From positions 124,001-188,000 of the forward strand of contig JAUFOR010000005.1 in assembly GCA_040285745.1 (NCBI GenBank): a stretch of 64,000 nt of DNA. The letters are read 5' to 3'. A model generated the notes under the pieces. The model was not told where the DNA came from and searched no databases. It was given only the letters and a program-made list of their open reading frames with translations. Shown one piece after another: positions 1-10,041 of the stretch (positions within the stretch are counted from its first letter, which is position 1; the number at the start of each line of letters is the position of its first letter). Origin of the DNA: Barthelona sp. PCE (taxonomy: Eukaryota). Made by a program: the position numbers and the translations under genes.

Positions 1-185
1 CAGTACTACAATATGAATATTTAAGAAGTGTCACAAAAAGTAATAATTTACTTTCTACTCTCACCACATTTTTTGACCTTAATATGTTTTTACCAAACTA
101 GGCTGAAATTAGAACACACCCACATATCCTAGTAGCAGTGAAAAATTAGAAGCTGTTTCTCGTTTTCTTTTCGTTTCAACAATTT

Positions 186-1415
186 ATGTCTGCACCAAAT
201 GCGCCTTGTGTAGTGTTTCATGAGCCCTCTGCTCCCACAGGAGCTGATTCTATTTCCATTGATTATGAAGTTCATAATTATGATGAACAAGTCCACGTAA
301 GTCCAATTTTTATATTCTTCTCATTCCTAAAGCAGCATATTTGTTCAGGTAGTAAGGATTTTGAGTATTTTTGGAGTTACCTCATTAACTTCATTGTTGC
401 ACTCTGCCAAGTTGGTACCATATTTCTTGAAGGAGCTGACTGGAAATGGTACAGGTTCTGGACTTTTATTCTAAGTTTAATAGTTGTTTGGCGACATGTA
501 AGCAGTTATTTTTCACCTTGGTCAGATGATTTAGAATCTTTAAACATACTTCGAATAATTTTTTTTATAATTGAACTCACCTACATCTATTATTGGTTAA
601 ATTATATTTGGATTTGGATTTCAAACACTTCTTTCACATGGATGGATATGTTCCCTAACCGAGATTATGATTTCTATGAGAAAGGTGTTTATAATTATAA
701 CATATATTACAGATATACATGGAAATATTCGTTAAGTACATTTGGAATTGGTCAGTCATATTTTTTCGTCTTAGGTATCGGAATATTTCCTTCTATGTTT
801 ATCTTTTATGGTCTAATACACGGTATGGTTATTCTTAATATTTATTTTTCGTTTGAAACTGCTTTTAAATCTTCTTCAGCCAGTGGAGATTTTTGGTTTT
901 TTTTTCTTTCAGGATTTTATTATATTGCAAATACCATTTCTTTCTTTGTCTGTTGTTCATTGTATTCGACTGGTTCATACAGTACTGAGGTAGTTTCTGC
1001 ATGGTTACTTAGTATATGTTGGATTCTTCAATTATTTTATGCCGTTTACTACTCACTGAAACGTAATGATTTTCAAAGTGTTGATGCTGAAATTTTCAAA
1101 ATAGGTTTCGTACAAAGTATTATTTGGATGGTACAATCATTTATGGTTATGGTTTATTATTATTCAAAATCATTTGGTTATATTTATTCAACATTGTTTG
1201 GCGACGGATACACGCTTAGGAATTTGAAATATTACTTCGGTCAAAATATTGCACAGTTCTGGTTGGGGTTGATATATATCGTTGTGTTTGTTGCAATTTG
1301 TTCTTTTATTTATTGTATTGTTTATAATGTTAAAAAATGCATGGATTCATACAATGAATTTTCTGCTCAATACCAACAGCAAAACACTTCAAAGAAGAAG
1401 AAAATCATTGGCTGA
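186..1415 (+). CDS. Multi-pass membrane protein of unknown function; resembles 33447-34670 and 41780-42832
   Basis: 409-aa ORF with many aromatic-rich hydrophobic segments, N-terminal EPSAP and C-terminal SKKKK tail shared with two other ORFs here. Confidence 0.7.
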   Translation: MSAPNAPCVVFHEPSAPTGADSISIDYEVHNYDEQVHVSPIFIFFSFLKQHICSGSKDFEYFWSYLINFIVALCQVGTIFLEGADWKWYRFWTFILSLIVVWRHVSSYFSPWSDDLESLNILRIIFFIIELTYIYYWLNYIWIWISNTSFTWMDMFPNRDYDFYEKGVYNYNIYYRYTWKYSLSTFGIGQSYFFVLGIGIFPSMFIFYGLIHGMVILNIYFSFETAFKSSSASGDFWFFFLSGFYYIANTISFFVCCSLYSTGSYSTEVVSAWLLSICWILQLFYAVYYSLKRNDFQSVDAEIFKIGFVQSIIWMVQSFMVMVYYYSKSFGYIYSTLFGDGYTLRNLKYYFGQNIAQFWLGLIYIVVFVAICSFIYCIVYNVKKCMDSYNEFSAQYQQQNTSKKKKIIG

Positions 1416-1769
1416 TTTAGTGTCAAGATATTGTAAATAGAGATAAATTGTTGAATGTAAGGTGAGCCTGATTATCACAAAGCTTGTTCATTCAACCTAT
1501 CCTGAAGCTGTTTATCTGCTCAGAAATTGACGAGTAGTACAGTTTCTGCCACAGATACAAATATATTTATATAATTGGTAACGAAATAGTAAAGATGCTT
1601 CGTGTTGTAGATTTAAGGGGTAATCTCTTATACATACCCCCGATACAGTGAATAGCACCCATGCAAGAAATACAGATGTTGCAACAGAACGTTGCATTGT
1701 TTTATCGTTTCTAACGTTTTTTGTTCATTATTTGCCACATCTTTTTCTGGCTTTAGGAGCTTTACTATC

Positions 1770-4700
1770 ATGAGTATTGCCTTTTCAACCCTGATTGAAC
1801 AGGAAATCGGAAGTGCTGACTTCTTACAGAATTTATATACAACCAGCCGGCTTTTCTCCCAAATGGACTCCTCAACATCACAGTTTCAAGGGGAGAGCGT
1901 CAAAGGGACAGTTTTTGAGGGTATTTCCTTGGGAATCTTGCAACAATTTTGCAATAAGTTATTTGAGTGTATTTTATACGGGTTATCTGATCTGAATACT
2001 GAGGAAGAGCGAGAAACATACGTGTTACACCCCATGATGATTCTAAATACCTCGTTTGAAATAGTTTCTTTTCGTAAGTTTTACTTTAGCGTATTCTCAG
2101 ATGAAGAGATCATTCTCAGGTACCAACAGGTACTAGGCGTGTTGATGGTGTTTCCCATCAACGTGGAGAACCTTACAGTTATCAACTCAGTTCTTGGCTT
2201 AGTTTTACACATGCATGGTTTAAATATCAGTAGCAAACTAGCAGATTTTAAAGTCATGCATCTATTACCGTATCATCTATTGACTTCATTTGAATTTTTT
2301 GAACCGTTTCACGAAAAACAAAAACAAACAGATGATGTAGAAGAAATTTTTGAATTTTTAATAGAAGAAATTATTCACAATGTTGTTGTTAGAGAATCTG
2401 TGCCAGTTGCATTTGACTTTACTGTGATATTACAAGCATTTATACATTTTGTTGAACATATGGAAAACTTGGAGACAGAAATCTTGGGTTATAAGGTATT
2501 ATTAAAAAATTTGATACTATTAGTGGACGATATGTTGTTTATTAAAGCTAATATTGTTATGTTAGGTGTAGAAATTAATTTATTACAGGAAGTACAATCT
2601 ATTTTGTTAAAGAATGGTTTCTTTGAATTGTTAACGACGAAAATTATCCCCATGAGTTATGTTCTGTATGAGAAAATCAAAAAAAAAGATGTTGTTTTGA
2701 ATCATTCAAATTTATTGGAGTTTAATCAGTATTTGTATTATTTAACTCATCTTTCTATTAAAATCATTCGCATGTCAAAGGATTATCAAGTTTTCTTAAT
2801 GAATTATCAAGAACTAGATTTAGTATTTTCATTTTTTGGTTGTTTATTTGAATTGAAACAGATTAAACATATTGGTGAATATGTAGCAAAAGTGAATTAT
2901 GCAATTCAAAGTCTGTGGCGTTTAGACCATGAGAGAATTTTTGGGTTTTTAATTGATCGTTCAAAAAAATTTATGCTTTTTAAATCGTTCTTATTATCTG
3001 CTTTCTTTCCTAGTTTATTTAAATCTGGTAAGAAAAATACGGCAAAGCATGTTGAAAACGACGATTTCTTAAATTTGATAAAATTTGTTGTTGATCAAGA
3101 AGAAAATGATGAATTTCACAAGTATCTTTGTGATCTCTCCAGTCTTTCAGCTTATATAGCTTCTCTTTTCGGTTCGAAATATGATAGTGATCATCTGCAT
3201 ACAAAATTTGTTGAAATCATAAATTACTTAACTGATTACATAAGTACTGCTGAACTCCAAAAAATTCATTGTATTTCCCGTTCAATTTATTTGTTATACA
3301 GCCTTTTTACACACGATAAGCAGCATTTCTTTGATTTAGTCTCCATAAAGGATGTTCTACATAGTCTACAGAGATATGTGTTGTTGCATTCCAGTCATTT
3401 TACATTGGAAGTTTTTGCTGAGGCACCGTTCGTCAAGAGCAAGTGTGGTGTCGCACCATTTACCGCCCCATCATCTCTTCTTTCGGTTTCTACCCAACAT
3501 CATCTTTTTAACATTAACGTTGTACGTGATCAATGCATAGCTTTTATGTGTGATATTTTTACTACACATAATTCAGTTGTTTTTTTCATTGGTGACGAGT
3601 CATTATTCGATGAAGTAATTGAAATAATTGCATTAACTCCAAATTCTCATCATATTAGTCATTATGTTTGGCCTCTTATTTTTCTTTGTTATTTTGCAAT
3701 CAGCGTTCGTACTTCGAATGAATCTGCTATAGTTTGTGTTCCTTTGTTAACAAAGCTGTGTACGCGCCTCATGTCAAGCTCGCATACAAGTATTGTATTG
3801 TACGCCGCTTATTTACTTACGTTTTTGCTACAAAAATATCCAGAAATTATGAAGTTTTGGAGCATTCCTCTTAGTGGAATCCAAGCTTCAAGCAATGGAA
3901 CGCTCGATTCTCTGCTGTACATACTGCACGTGCTTAACGGTGCTGATGTGAGTGAGCTAGCTTTGTCAACAAACGAGGATTTGAATTTCATAGCTCTGAT
4001 TTTTTCTGATTTTTGTGGTTTAATCCGAAAGAACGCAGTTTTATCCAAGTTCGCACGATGTCTGTCAGACTTTAGTGAAGGAAAACTCTGTCGTAAGCAA
4101 TTCTTCGGTTCAGTCTCTAGCGAAGCATATGATTTAGATAATCTATTTAAGAAGTTATGGAAGACACCCATAGTCATGTCCACAGTGTTCTTGAGCCGCG
4201 TGCTCAACACACTGATGTTCTCCGATATCGTAATGGATTTAGATTGTGTCCTTGATGGTTGGTTAACACTCGGTTCGAAGTTAGATTGTATTGGTATGAC
4301 TTCACACGCTGATAGAGATGCATACATTATTATGGAGCGCATCACATGCGTTACTATCCTGCGTCAGGATAGTAGTAAGATTGATGATACTGTTCGTCGT
4401 ATTAGTGTAATTCTTCCTCTTGTTACAGATTTTGTTCGAGGATATGTTTACAATGCCCTGATTAAGTGCACACTGCGGTTCCCATACATGCATGGTGTTC
4501 ACCACCTGCCCGTGTCAGTTGAGAGCGATACCAAGAATAGCGCAACATGCGTGTTATTAGTTAATTTTATGCTGGATACAAATCATGTTAGTATCAGATG
4601 CTCAGATAGAAACAATGATCTCTTTGAACTGAAGATCGACCAATCGTTTATGTCAACACCTCGAAAAATCAATGACAGTGATGCATCATCTGCTATTGGC

Positions 4701-7109
4701 ACTGGTGGTAGCAGTATTAATGTAGAACTCCTTCAATTGGAGAAGTTGCACCAGGCAACGAAGGGATATACATGTTCTTTACATCTTTCTCAGTTAGATT
4801 ATGTGAAGAACCTTCCACTCAATAACATCTTCTTCCCTGGCACGGTTACTTTCATAGCCTTTTCTATCACACGTGATAGCCTTGTGTTTTTCATCAACGA
4901 TGATATTATTCGCGTTCCTGAATTCCAAAGCAGCAAACTCCAAGATGTGTCAGTGTATGTAGACGGTTATTGTGTTGACTCCAACCACAACGATATGATC
5001 CTCAGTGAAATAGTTTTAGGAGAATACGTTTCTGATGAAAACCTCTACTGTCATGCAAGAAATGTCATTGTCAACGTTGCCCCGAACGGTATCGCTTCAA
5101 GTATATGGTCAATTAAAGCTCAATTGTTGAAATTACCACTCTGCGTTGAAGTATTCATGTTACTCAATTCTGTGCTTCATAATTTGCCAGAGTATTGGTC
5201 AGTCGATAGGGTCCCATCCTTCTCCATGCGTGATCTCAAGGCGTTATTTGATGTTGTCAACCAGTTCAACAGATATTCAGAGGAGGATTCCCGTGGAAAG
5301 CATCAAATTGTTACTAGGTGTGATTACTTCTGTTTATATCTAGCCTATTCATTTAGTGTTATCCATCGTAATTTTGTAATGTTCAAAGAGCGTGATATAG
5401 CAATAGGTAGCACTGAGGACAGTATAAGTGGATTGATTCTTGCTAATTTTATTAGTCTACTTGCCAAAGAAACTAATGTTCGGATATTACATATTAATAT
5501 GCTTATGAGTTGTGGTATGCATGACGACAGTGGCCACTTCAACAAATGGCTTTTGCGTCGTCCTGATATATGTCAAAATTTCTTCTTTTTGCTTAATACC
5601 GCAATGTCACTTGAAGATTTGCATAAATCTGGATTATACGAAGTTTTACGTTCTACATTGCATGAACTCTCTTCGTTACCAGACTTTACGTTGTTCCCAG
5701 ATCCTTCTCTTGATTTATTCCTTCAGTTTTTGTGTGATGATCAATTTGTTTCGTTGGTCAAACCGAATTTATCTTATATTGTGGAGCACTGTGCCCTCCG
5801 TACGTCAATTGTATTTAATTCAATGATTGGATTGCTATGTTATCATGGTACAAATTCCTTAGAAACAGAAACTCTAAAGGTCCTGGATGGTCTTTTAGCA
5901 ATTATTCTTGGGCGTATGGTTAACGGGGATGTTATTTCCATGGATACCGTCCAAACGTTATATAACGCTGCAGGACCAGATAGTTTGTTGAAGATACCTA
6001 TTCTGAAGTGCGTTATTGTTTGTATACCATTCATGACTGATCCTACTATGTTCAACACAGGGGAGGTCCTGCAGCTGATGGATGACCTCCACGGTAAGCT
6101 GCTGTACTCTGGCTGGCTTAAAGATCAGGCAGTTGTTGAGGACGTCCTCACAACGTATCGTTTGAGTGCTTTACTCGTGTCCCCAGATGATGCTGAAGAT
6201 ATGAAGCGCATGTTACGCGTGAAGAGACTGTTTATGCGTAGCGGAGACTCGCTTGTCAAGACATTTGCCCCTTTCAATGAAGAAATCCACGATGCTTATG
6301 TGGCAGACTTTTGCTTCTTGATTTTCAACGTCTTCCAGGGCTCATTCAGCGGCGCATTCGGGTCAGGCTGGTTCGGAAAGCTCGGTCTCATTGATATCCT
6401 TGATCTCACCATTGATCGTATCTTAAAGACTGATGAATTAACGCTATCACTAACAAAAGAACCAGTAATCAAGCACGTCGACAATCTATTGAGACTCCTC
6501 GCAGACAACGTTGTGTTATATAAGGATGATATTCGATTTCTTGAGGTTGTTGTTGATAAGACAGAAGAATTATTATTAACACGATTTGTAGCAATTTGTA
6601 TGCCTGAAAATATTAGAATTAGTTTCACAGAGATGCTATATTTCTTTTTTAGTCAGGTAGATCATAATACAATTCAGATTTTAATTGATTCTTTGCAGGA
6701 TCTTAAAGCATTTAGTTGGCAATTAGCAATTGCAATGATGCCAGTTGAGTTTGCTGTATTAGCAATCCGATTATGTATGTTGGCACCCAGTTGTAATACG
6801 TTTAGGCTCATGGTTCAACAGGCTTTCAGTCATTTGCAGACTGTTAAGACACTTTCAAAAGTAATTGATGAAGAATTCTTTTCAGTAATAATTTCTAATG
6901 CTCATGATGAAGAGTTCTTCAGAACGTTGCCGGACAGCGAAGTTTATCCTGATTTAAAGATCTTGATTAAGCAGGTGCTTGATACCGTTGATCGCAAAGC
7001 AACTGAAACTGAACGTTTGAATAAGCGTAGAGTACAACAGGACTGTGACCGTGTGCTCCACCATCTTACATATTTCGATCAACTGGTGAACAAAGCATCT
7101 CAAAAGTAA
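1770..7109 (+). CDS. Large (~1780 aa) predicted helical-solenoid protein of unknown function, with a possible ConA/LamG-like beta insert
   Basis: Uninterrupted 5.3 kb ORF. Track start 1692 is TTG; first ATG is 1770 (MSIAFST). Leu-rich helical composition, with a beta-rich segment (TVTFIAFSITRDSLVFFINDD). Confidence 0.7.
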   Translation: MSIAFSTLIEQEIGSADFLQNLYTTSRLFSQMDSSTSQFQGESVKGTVFEGISLGILQQFCNKLFECILYGLSDLNTEEERETYVLHPMMILNTSFEIVSFRKFYFSVFSDEEIILRYQQVLGVLMVFPINVENLTVINSVLGLVLHMHGLNISSKLADFKVMHLLPYHLLTSFEFFEPFHEKQKQTDDVEEIFEFLIEEIIHNVVVRESVPVAFDFTVILQAFIHFVEHMENLETEILGYKVLLKNLILLVDDMLFIKANIVMLGVEINLLQEVQSILLKNGFFELLTTKIIPMSYVLYEKIKKKDVVLNHSNLLEFNQYLYYLTHLSIKIIRMSKDYQVFLMNYQELDLVFSFFGCLFELKQIKHIGEYVAKVNYAIQSLWRLDHERIFGFLIDRSKKFMLFKSFLLSAFFPSLFKSGKKNTAKHVENDDFLNLIKFVVDQEENDEFHKYLCDLSSLSAYIASLFGSKYDSDHLHTKFVEIINYLTDYISTAELQKIHCISRSIYLLYSLFTHDKQHFFDLVSIKDVLHSLQRYVLLHSSHFTLEVFAEAPFVKSKCGVAPFTAPSSLLSVSTQHHLFNINVVRDQCIAFMCDIFTTHNSVVFFIGDESLFDEVIEIIALTPNSHHISHYVWPLIFLCYFAISVRTSNESAIVCVPLLTKLCTRLMSSSHTSIVLYAAYLLTFLLQKYPEIMKFWSIPLSGIQASSNGTLDSLLYILHVLNGADVSELALSTNEDLNFIALIFSDFCGLIRKNAVLSKFARCLSDFSEGKLCRKQFFGSVSSEAYDLDNLFKKLWKTPIVMSTVFLSRVLNTLMFSDIVMDLDCVLDGWLTLGSKLDCIGMTSHADRDAYIIMERITCVTILRQDSSKIDDTVRRISVILPLVTDFVRGYVYNALIKCTLRFPYMHGVHHLPVSVESDTKNSATCVLLVNFMLDTNHVSIRCSDRNNDLFELKIDQSFMSTPRKINDSDASSAIGTGGSSINVELLQLEKLHQATKGYTCSLHLSQLDYVKNLPLNNIFFPGTVTFIAFSITRDSLVFFINDDIIRVPEFQSSKLQDVSVYVDGYCVDSNHNDMILSEIVLGEYVSDENLYCHARNVIVNVAPNGIASSIWSIKAQLLKLPLCVEVFMLLNSVLHNLPEYWSVDRVPSFSMRDLKALFDVVNQFNRYSEEDSRGKHQIVTRCDYFCLYLAYSFSVIHRNFVMFKERDIAIGSTEDSISGLILANFISLLAKETNVRILHINMLMSCGMHDDSGHFNKWLLRRPDICQNFFFLLNTAMSLEDLHKSGLYEVLRSTLHELSSLPDFTLFPDPSLDLFLQFLCDDQFVSLVKPNLSYIVEHCALRTSIVFNSMIGLLCYHGTNSLETETLKVLDGLLAIILGRMVNGDVISMDTVQTLYNAAGPDSLLKIPILKCVIVCIPFMTDPTMFNTGEVLQLMDDLHGKLLYSGWLKDQAVVEDVLTTYRLSALLVSPDDAEDMKRMLRVKRLFMRSGDSLVKTFAPFNEEIHDAYVADFCFLIFNVFQGSFSGAFGSGWFGKLGLIDILDLTIDRILKTDELTLSLTKEPVIKHVDNLLRLLADNVVLYKDDIRFLEVVVDKTEELLLTRFVAICMPENIRISFTEMLYFFFSQVDHNTIQILIDSLQDLKAFSWQLAIAMMPVEFAVLAIRLCMLAPSCNTFRLMVQQAFSHLQTVKTLSKVIDEEFFSVIISNAHDEEFFRTLPDSEVYPDLKILIKQVLDTVDRKATETERLNKRRVQQDCDRVLHHLTYFDQLVNKASQK

Positions 7110-7147
7110 AAAATAAACATTGCTATTCATTTATTACACAATAAAAT

Positions 7148-8305
7148 CTAAAATTCAGATTTTTTAAAAGTTAACGTTCTTGTTTTCATTGATTTTTTAA
7201 CTTCAACTCGTCTTTTATCAAAGATAGGACTTATCCATACAGGACTTTCTTGCTGAACAGAATCAACTTTACGAAGTGTCTGAGCCCAATTTTGTTCCTT
7301 CTCGATAGGAGTCGGTGGTCTACGACTGTCATCATATGGTTTTCGAAGTGGTGGATGTGGAAACTCAAACGTAGCAAATATTGTATTCGGCGGAAATTGT
7401 GATTCTGTCCACATGCCTTCAACATCAGAATGAAGACAGCTCAAATCTAACGCTCTATGTTCTACTTCATCGTGGATTTTTGGATTGCCAATGTTGCGTC
7501 TTAAATTAGCAATGTGAGAAACCAAATGTAAAGCCTCTTCACTGAAACAATCAATGGAAGGGATGAACGTATGCATGAGAACATCGCTATCCTTGAGATG
7601 AGGGCCTAGAAACGCTCCAAGAGGATTTTGTCGAAAAGCAATTTTGTTGTTGACTAATAACGAAAAAATATGTGTTGCTGATTCTTTTAAACGATTTTTG
7701 AGGGAGAAGTCACAGAGAATTATTGATCTGGTGATTGTATTTGCATTTTCTCTAATATCAATTTTCACAATTTTATGATTAGTAGATTTGAAAAATTTGG
7801 AAAATAGGCTTAAATTATGTAATTCTAAAACATCAATGAATCCAAACGCCTTAAGGTCAATCGATTCAGGAAAGATTGCATCTACTACATCGTTTTCTGT
7901 AATGTCCATTAATGAAAGAGAAATTTTTTCTCCAGTAGTTCCAGAAAAAACTCGAATATCAGGAATAATACATTCAAGAATATTATACAATGCATTGTTT
8001 TCGAAGAGCTTGTTGATGAAAATTATTTGTGTTCTGTTAGTGTTGTACAAGAAGGAATTAATGAATTTTCTAGTTGAACGACTATACAGTTCTTCAATTG
8101 TAGATGCTTCATCAAGACACTGATCGAATTCAAACTCCTTGTTGATGATTGGGGAGTTCATATGATCAAAATATAAGTGCTGGATTTTTTGTGAAGACTT
8201 TTGATTCCAACATCTTTGAACTAGAGAGTTGTCAAATCTTTTATATTTCTTTACGTTTGCCCCCGAATTATCGAAACTAAGCGTGAAATCACAACTGTGA
8301 AGCAT
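7148..8305 (-). CDS. Hypothetical protein
   Basis: 385-aa ATG ORF filling the gap between two genes; no motif recognised. Confidence 0.6.
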   Translation of the reverse strand: MLHSCDFTLSFDNSGANVKKYKRFDNSLVQRCWNQKSSQKIQHLYFDHMNSPIINKEFEFDQCLDEASTIEELYSRSTRKFINSFLYNTNRTQIIFINKLFENNALYNILECIIPDIRVFSGTTGEKISLSLMDITENDVVDAIFPESIDLKAFGFIDVLELHNLSLFSKFFKSTNHKIVKIDIRENANTITRSIILCDFSLKNRLKESATHIFSLLVNNKIAFRQNPLGAFLGPHLKDSDVLMHTFIPSIDCFSEEALHLVSHIANLRRNIGNPKIHDEVEHRALDLSCLHSDVEGMWTESQFPPNTIFATFEFPHPPLRKPYDDSRRPPTPIEKEQNWAQTLRKVDSVQQESPVWISPIFDKRRVEVKKSMKTRTLTFKKSEF

Positions 8306-8362
8306 GTGAAATAGTATGAAATCTGTAAAACGAAATAATACTTTTTTCTAGCAGATTGGGGC

Positions 8363-9892
8363 ATGCCATCATCTTCCAAGAGCTCCGTGGCTGCAGTTCA
8401 GCTGCAAGCACAGGACCTGGGAAGTACATTTCGTAATTATGTCTCGAAAGCGCAAAAATTTCAGAATAGCGCTAGAGATAGGGCTGTTAAACAGATCCAT
8501 CAATCTATGCGCAACTCGAAGCGCGGCACCAAACCACAGACACCTATTGTAACAACATCAACAAACGAGCTTTTTGCATCACGTGTTCCTTCTTTGAATG
8601 ACTTGCAAAGAGCTAAGGAGACATCTCCTAAGAGCCCCATCAAGGCTATTCCACACGAGTTCAGCACACCACGTTTTGTTCGTACGGAGAAAACATACCT
8701 TCCGCAGACAAGCAATCGTTCACCGTTTTCTGTAGGAAACAAACGTACATCAGGGAAGAAGAAGTCAAACCCCTTTGTCAGCAACTTCACAAAGCGAAAA
8801 GAGGCAAACAAAAATCTTACAGAAGATAAGAGGAAAGAGATCAAAAGTTTAGTTAACAGAGTAGACAGTGTAAGTAGATCTCTGGGAGATAATTCAAACA
8901 CGCTAACATACCGTGAGCTGTATGGAGATTTATTAGAAGGGGAAGAAGATTTAAGTACCATGAAAGCAACACAGACAGCACGATTTATAACATTTAAGGA
9001 AAGTTTATGTCCTGTTAAATTAAAAGTATACTCCATCAACGAGTCTGGTCAGTTAGATATAGTTACAGATGAAGAGTTAAAGACGATGATGAGAAATGAA
9101 ACTATAGAAAGTCGTTTACAAAGTCGTTTATCACGTTTATCTGTTGCAAGTAGGTCCAAGACCACTTCCTTTATGGAGGAAAGTAACTTAATCAGAACAG
9201 GTTTGGATTCTTTTAAAGATTCAAAAGCAAAGAGACTGCAAACGACAGCTAATGCTATAGATATGAGTTTCTTACTTCTAGCTGCCATACGTGCGTTGAA
9301 GACAGCCGCACATGTAAGAAAAAGGCGACAAATGCAGTTAAAAGGTGAGAAAGTTATTGTTAAAACCAATGTATCATCACAAAATAAGGTAGATATTCCC
9401 CCAGCGTTAGAGGCTGCCCGTATCTTAGCGCAGTCAAAATTGCTTATTGCAGAAATCCAATCAAGAGAGAATACTGAAAAAGAGTTAGTGAATCCAAAAA
9501 TGTCTCCCAGAGTTAAGAAAAGACTTGCTGCAATCTCACATATCCCCACAAGCCCTCCAAAGTCTGCTCGTGTTTACAGAAGAACGCCAAAAAAATCAAC
9601 AAAACATTTATATAAGGCACCAAAAACTGAACGGCGGCGCAGAAAATCTTCTAATATCGCTTCTGTACCAAGGCTCAACCTCAAGGTGTTGCCAAAGACT
9701 CCTGCTTTGGATCAAAGTTACTCACATTCATCAAGATCAATTACTGAACGTTCTGCTCGTAAGGTTCTAAGTGCGCGCCCATCAGGAAAACTGGTGGACA
9801 GGATGACTCCTCAACGGGTTATGACTAAGAATAGTCCTTTTAGAACTGCTCAATCTTCTTTGAAGATCAGGCGTTCTTTGTTTGAGAAATAA
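8363..9892 (+). CDS. Basic, Ser/Lys/Arg-rich, probably largely disordered hypothetical protein
   Basis: 509-aa ATG ORF with low-complexity composition. Confidence 0.65.
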   Translation: MPSSSKSSVAAVQLQAQDLGSTFRNYVSKAQKFQNSARDRAVKQIHQSMRNSKRGTKPQTPIVTTSTNELFASRVPSLNDLQRAKETSPKSPIKAIPHEFSTPRFVRTEKTYLPQTSNRSPFSVGNKRTSGKKKSNPFVSNFTKRKEANKNLTEDKRKEIKSLVNRVDSVSRSLGDNSNTLTYRELYGDLLEGEEDLSTMKATQTARFITFKESLCPVKLKVYSINESGQLDIVTDEELKTMMRNETIESRLQSRLSRLSVASRSKTTSFMEESNLIRTGLDSFKDSKAKRLQTTANAIDMSFLLLAAIRALKTAAHVRKRRQMQLKGEKVIVKTNVSSQNKVDIPPALEAARILAQSKLLIAEIQSRENTEKELVNPKMSPRVKKRLAAISHIPTSPPKSARVYRRTPKKSTKHLYKAPKTERRRRKSSNIASVPRLNLKVLPKTPALDQSYSHSSRSITERSARKVLSARPSGKLVDRMTPQRVMTKNSPFRTAQSSLKIRRSLFEK

Positions 9893-10041
9893 ACATTTTT
9901 TATTGCGTAAGTATGTATTTACTCAGTGTTTATACCGACATACACCAACGACTAGTTGTTTAAACCTGAATAATTTGCTTTTCAATAATCATCTCTTCAC
10001 AAGTCGACTGCCCCTATAGTTTGGGTACGTTTCTAGCTGCG

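Noticed and set aside
296-301. GTAAGT donor-like hexamer in the first ORF
   Set aside because: Frame is open, no branch/acceptor motif follows, and the paralog has comparable coding sequence there
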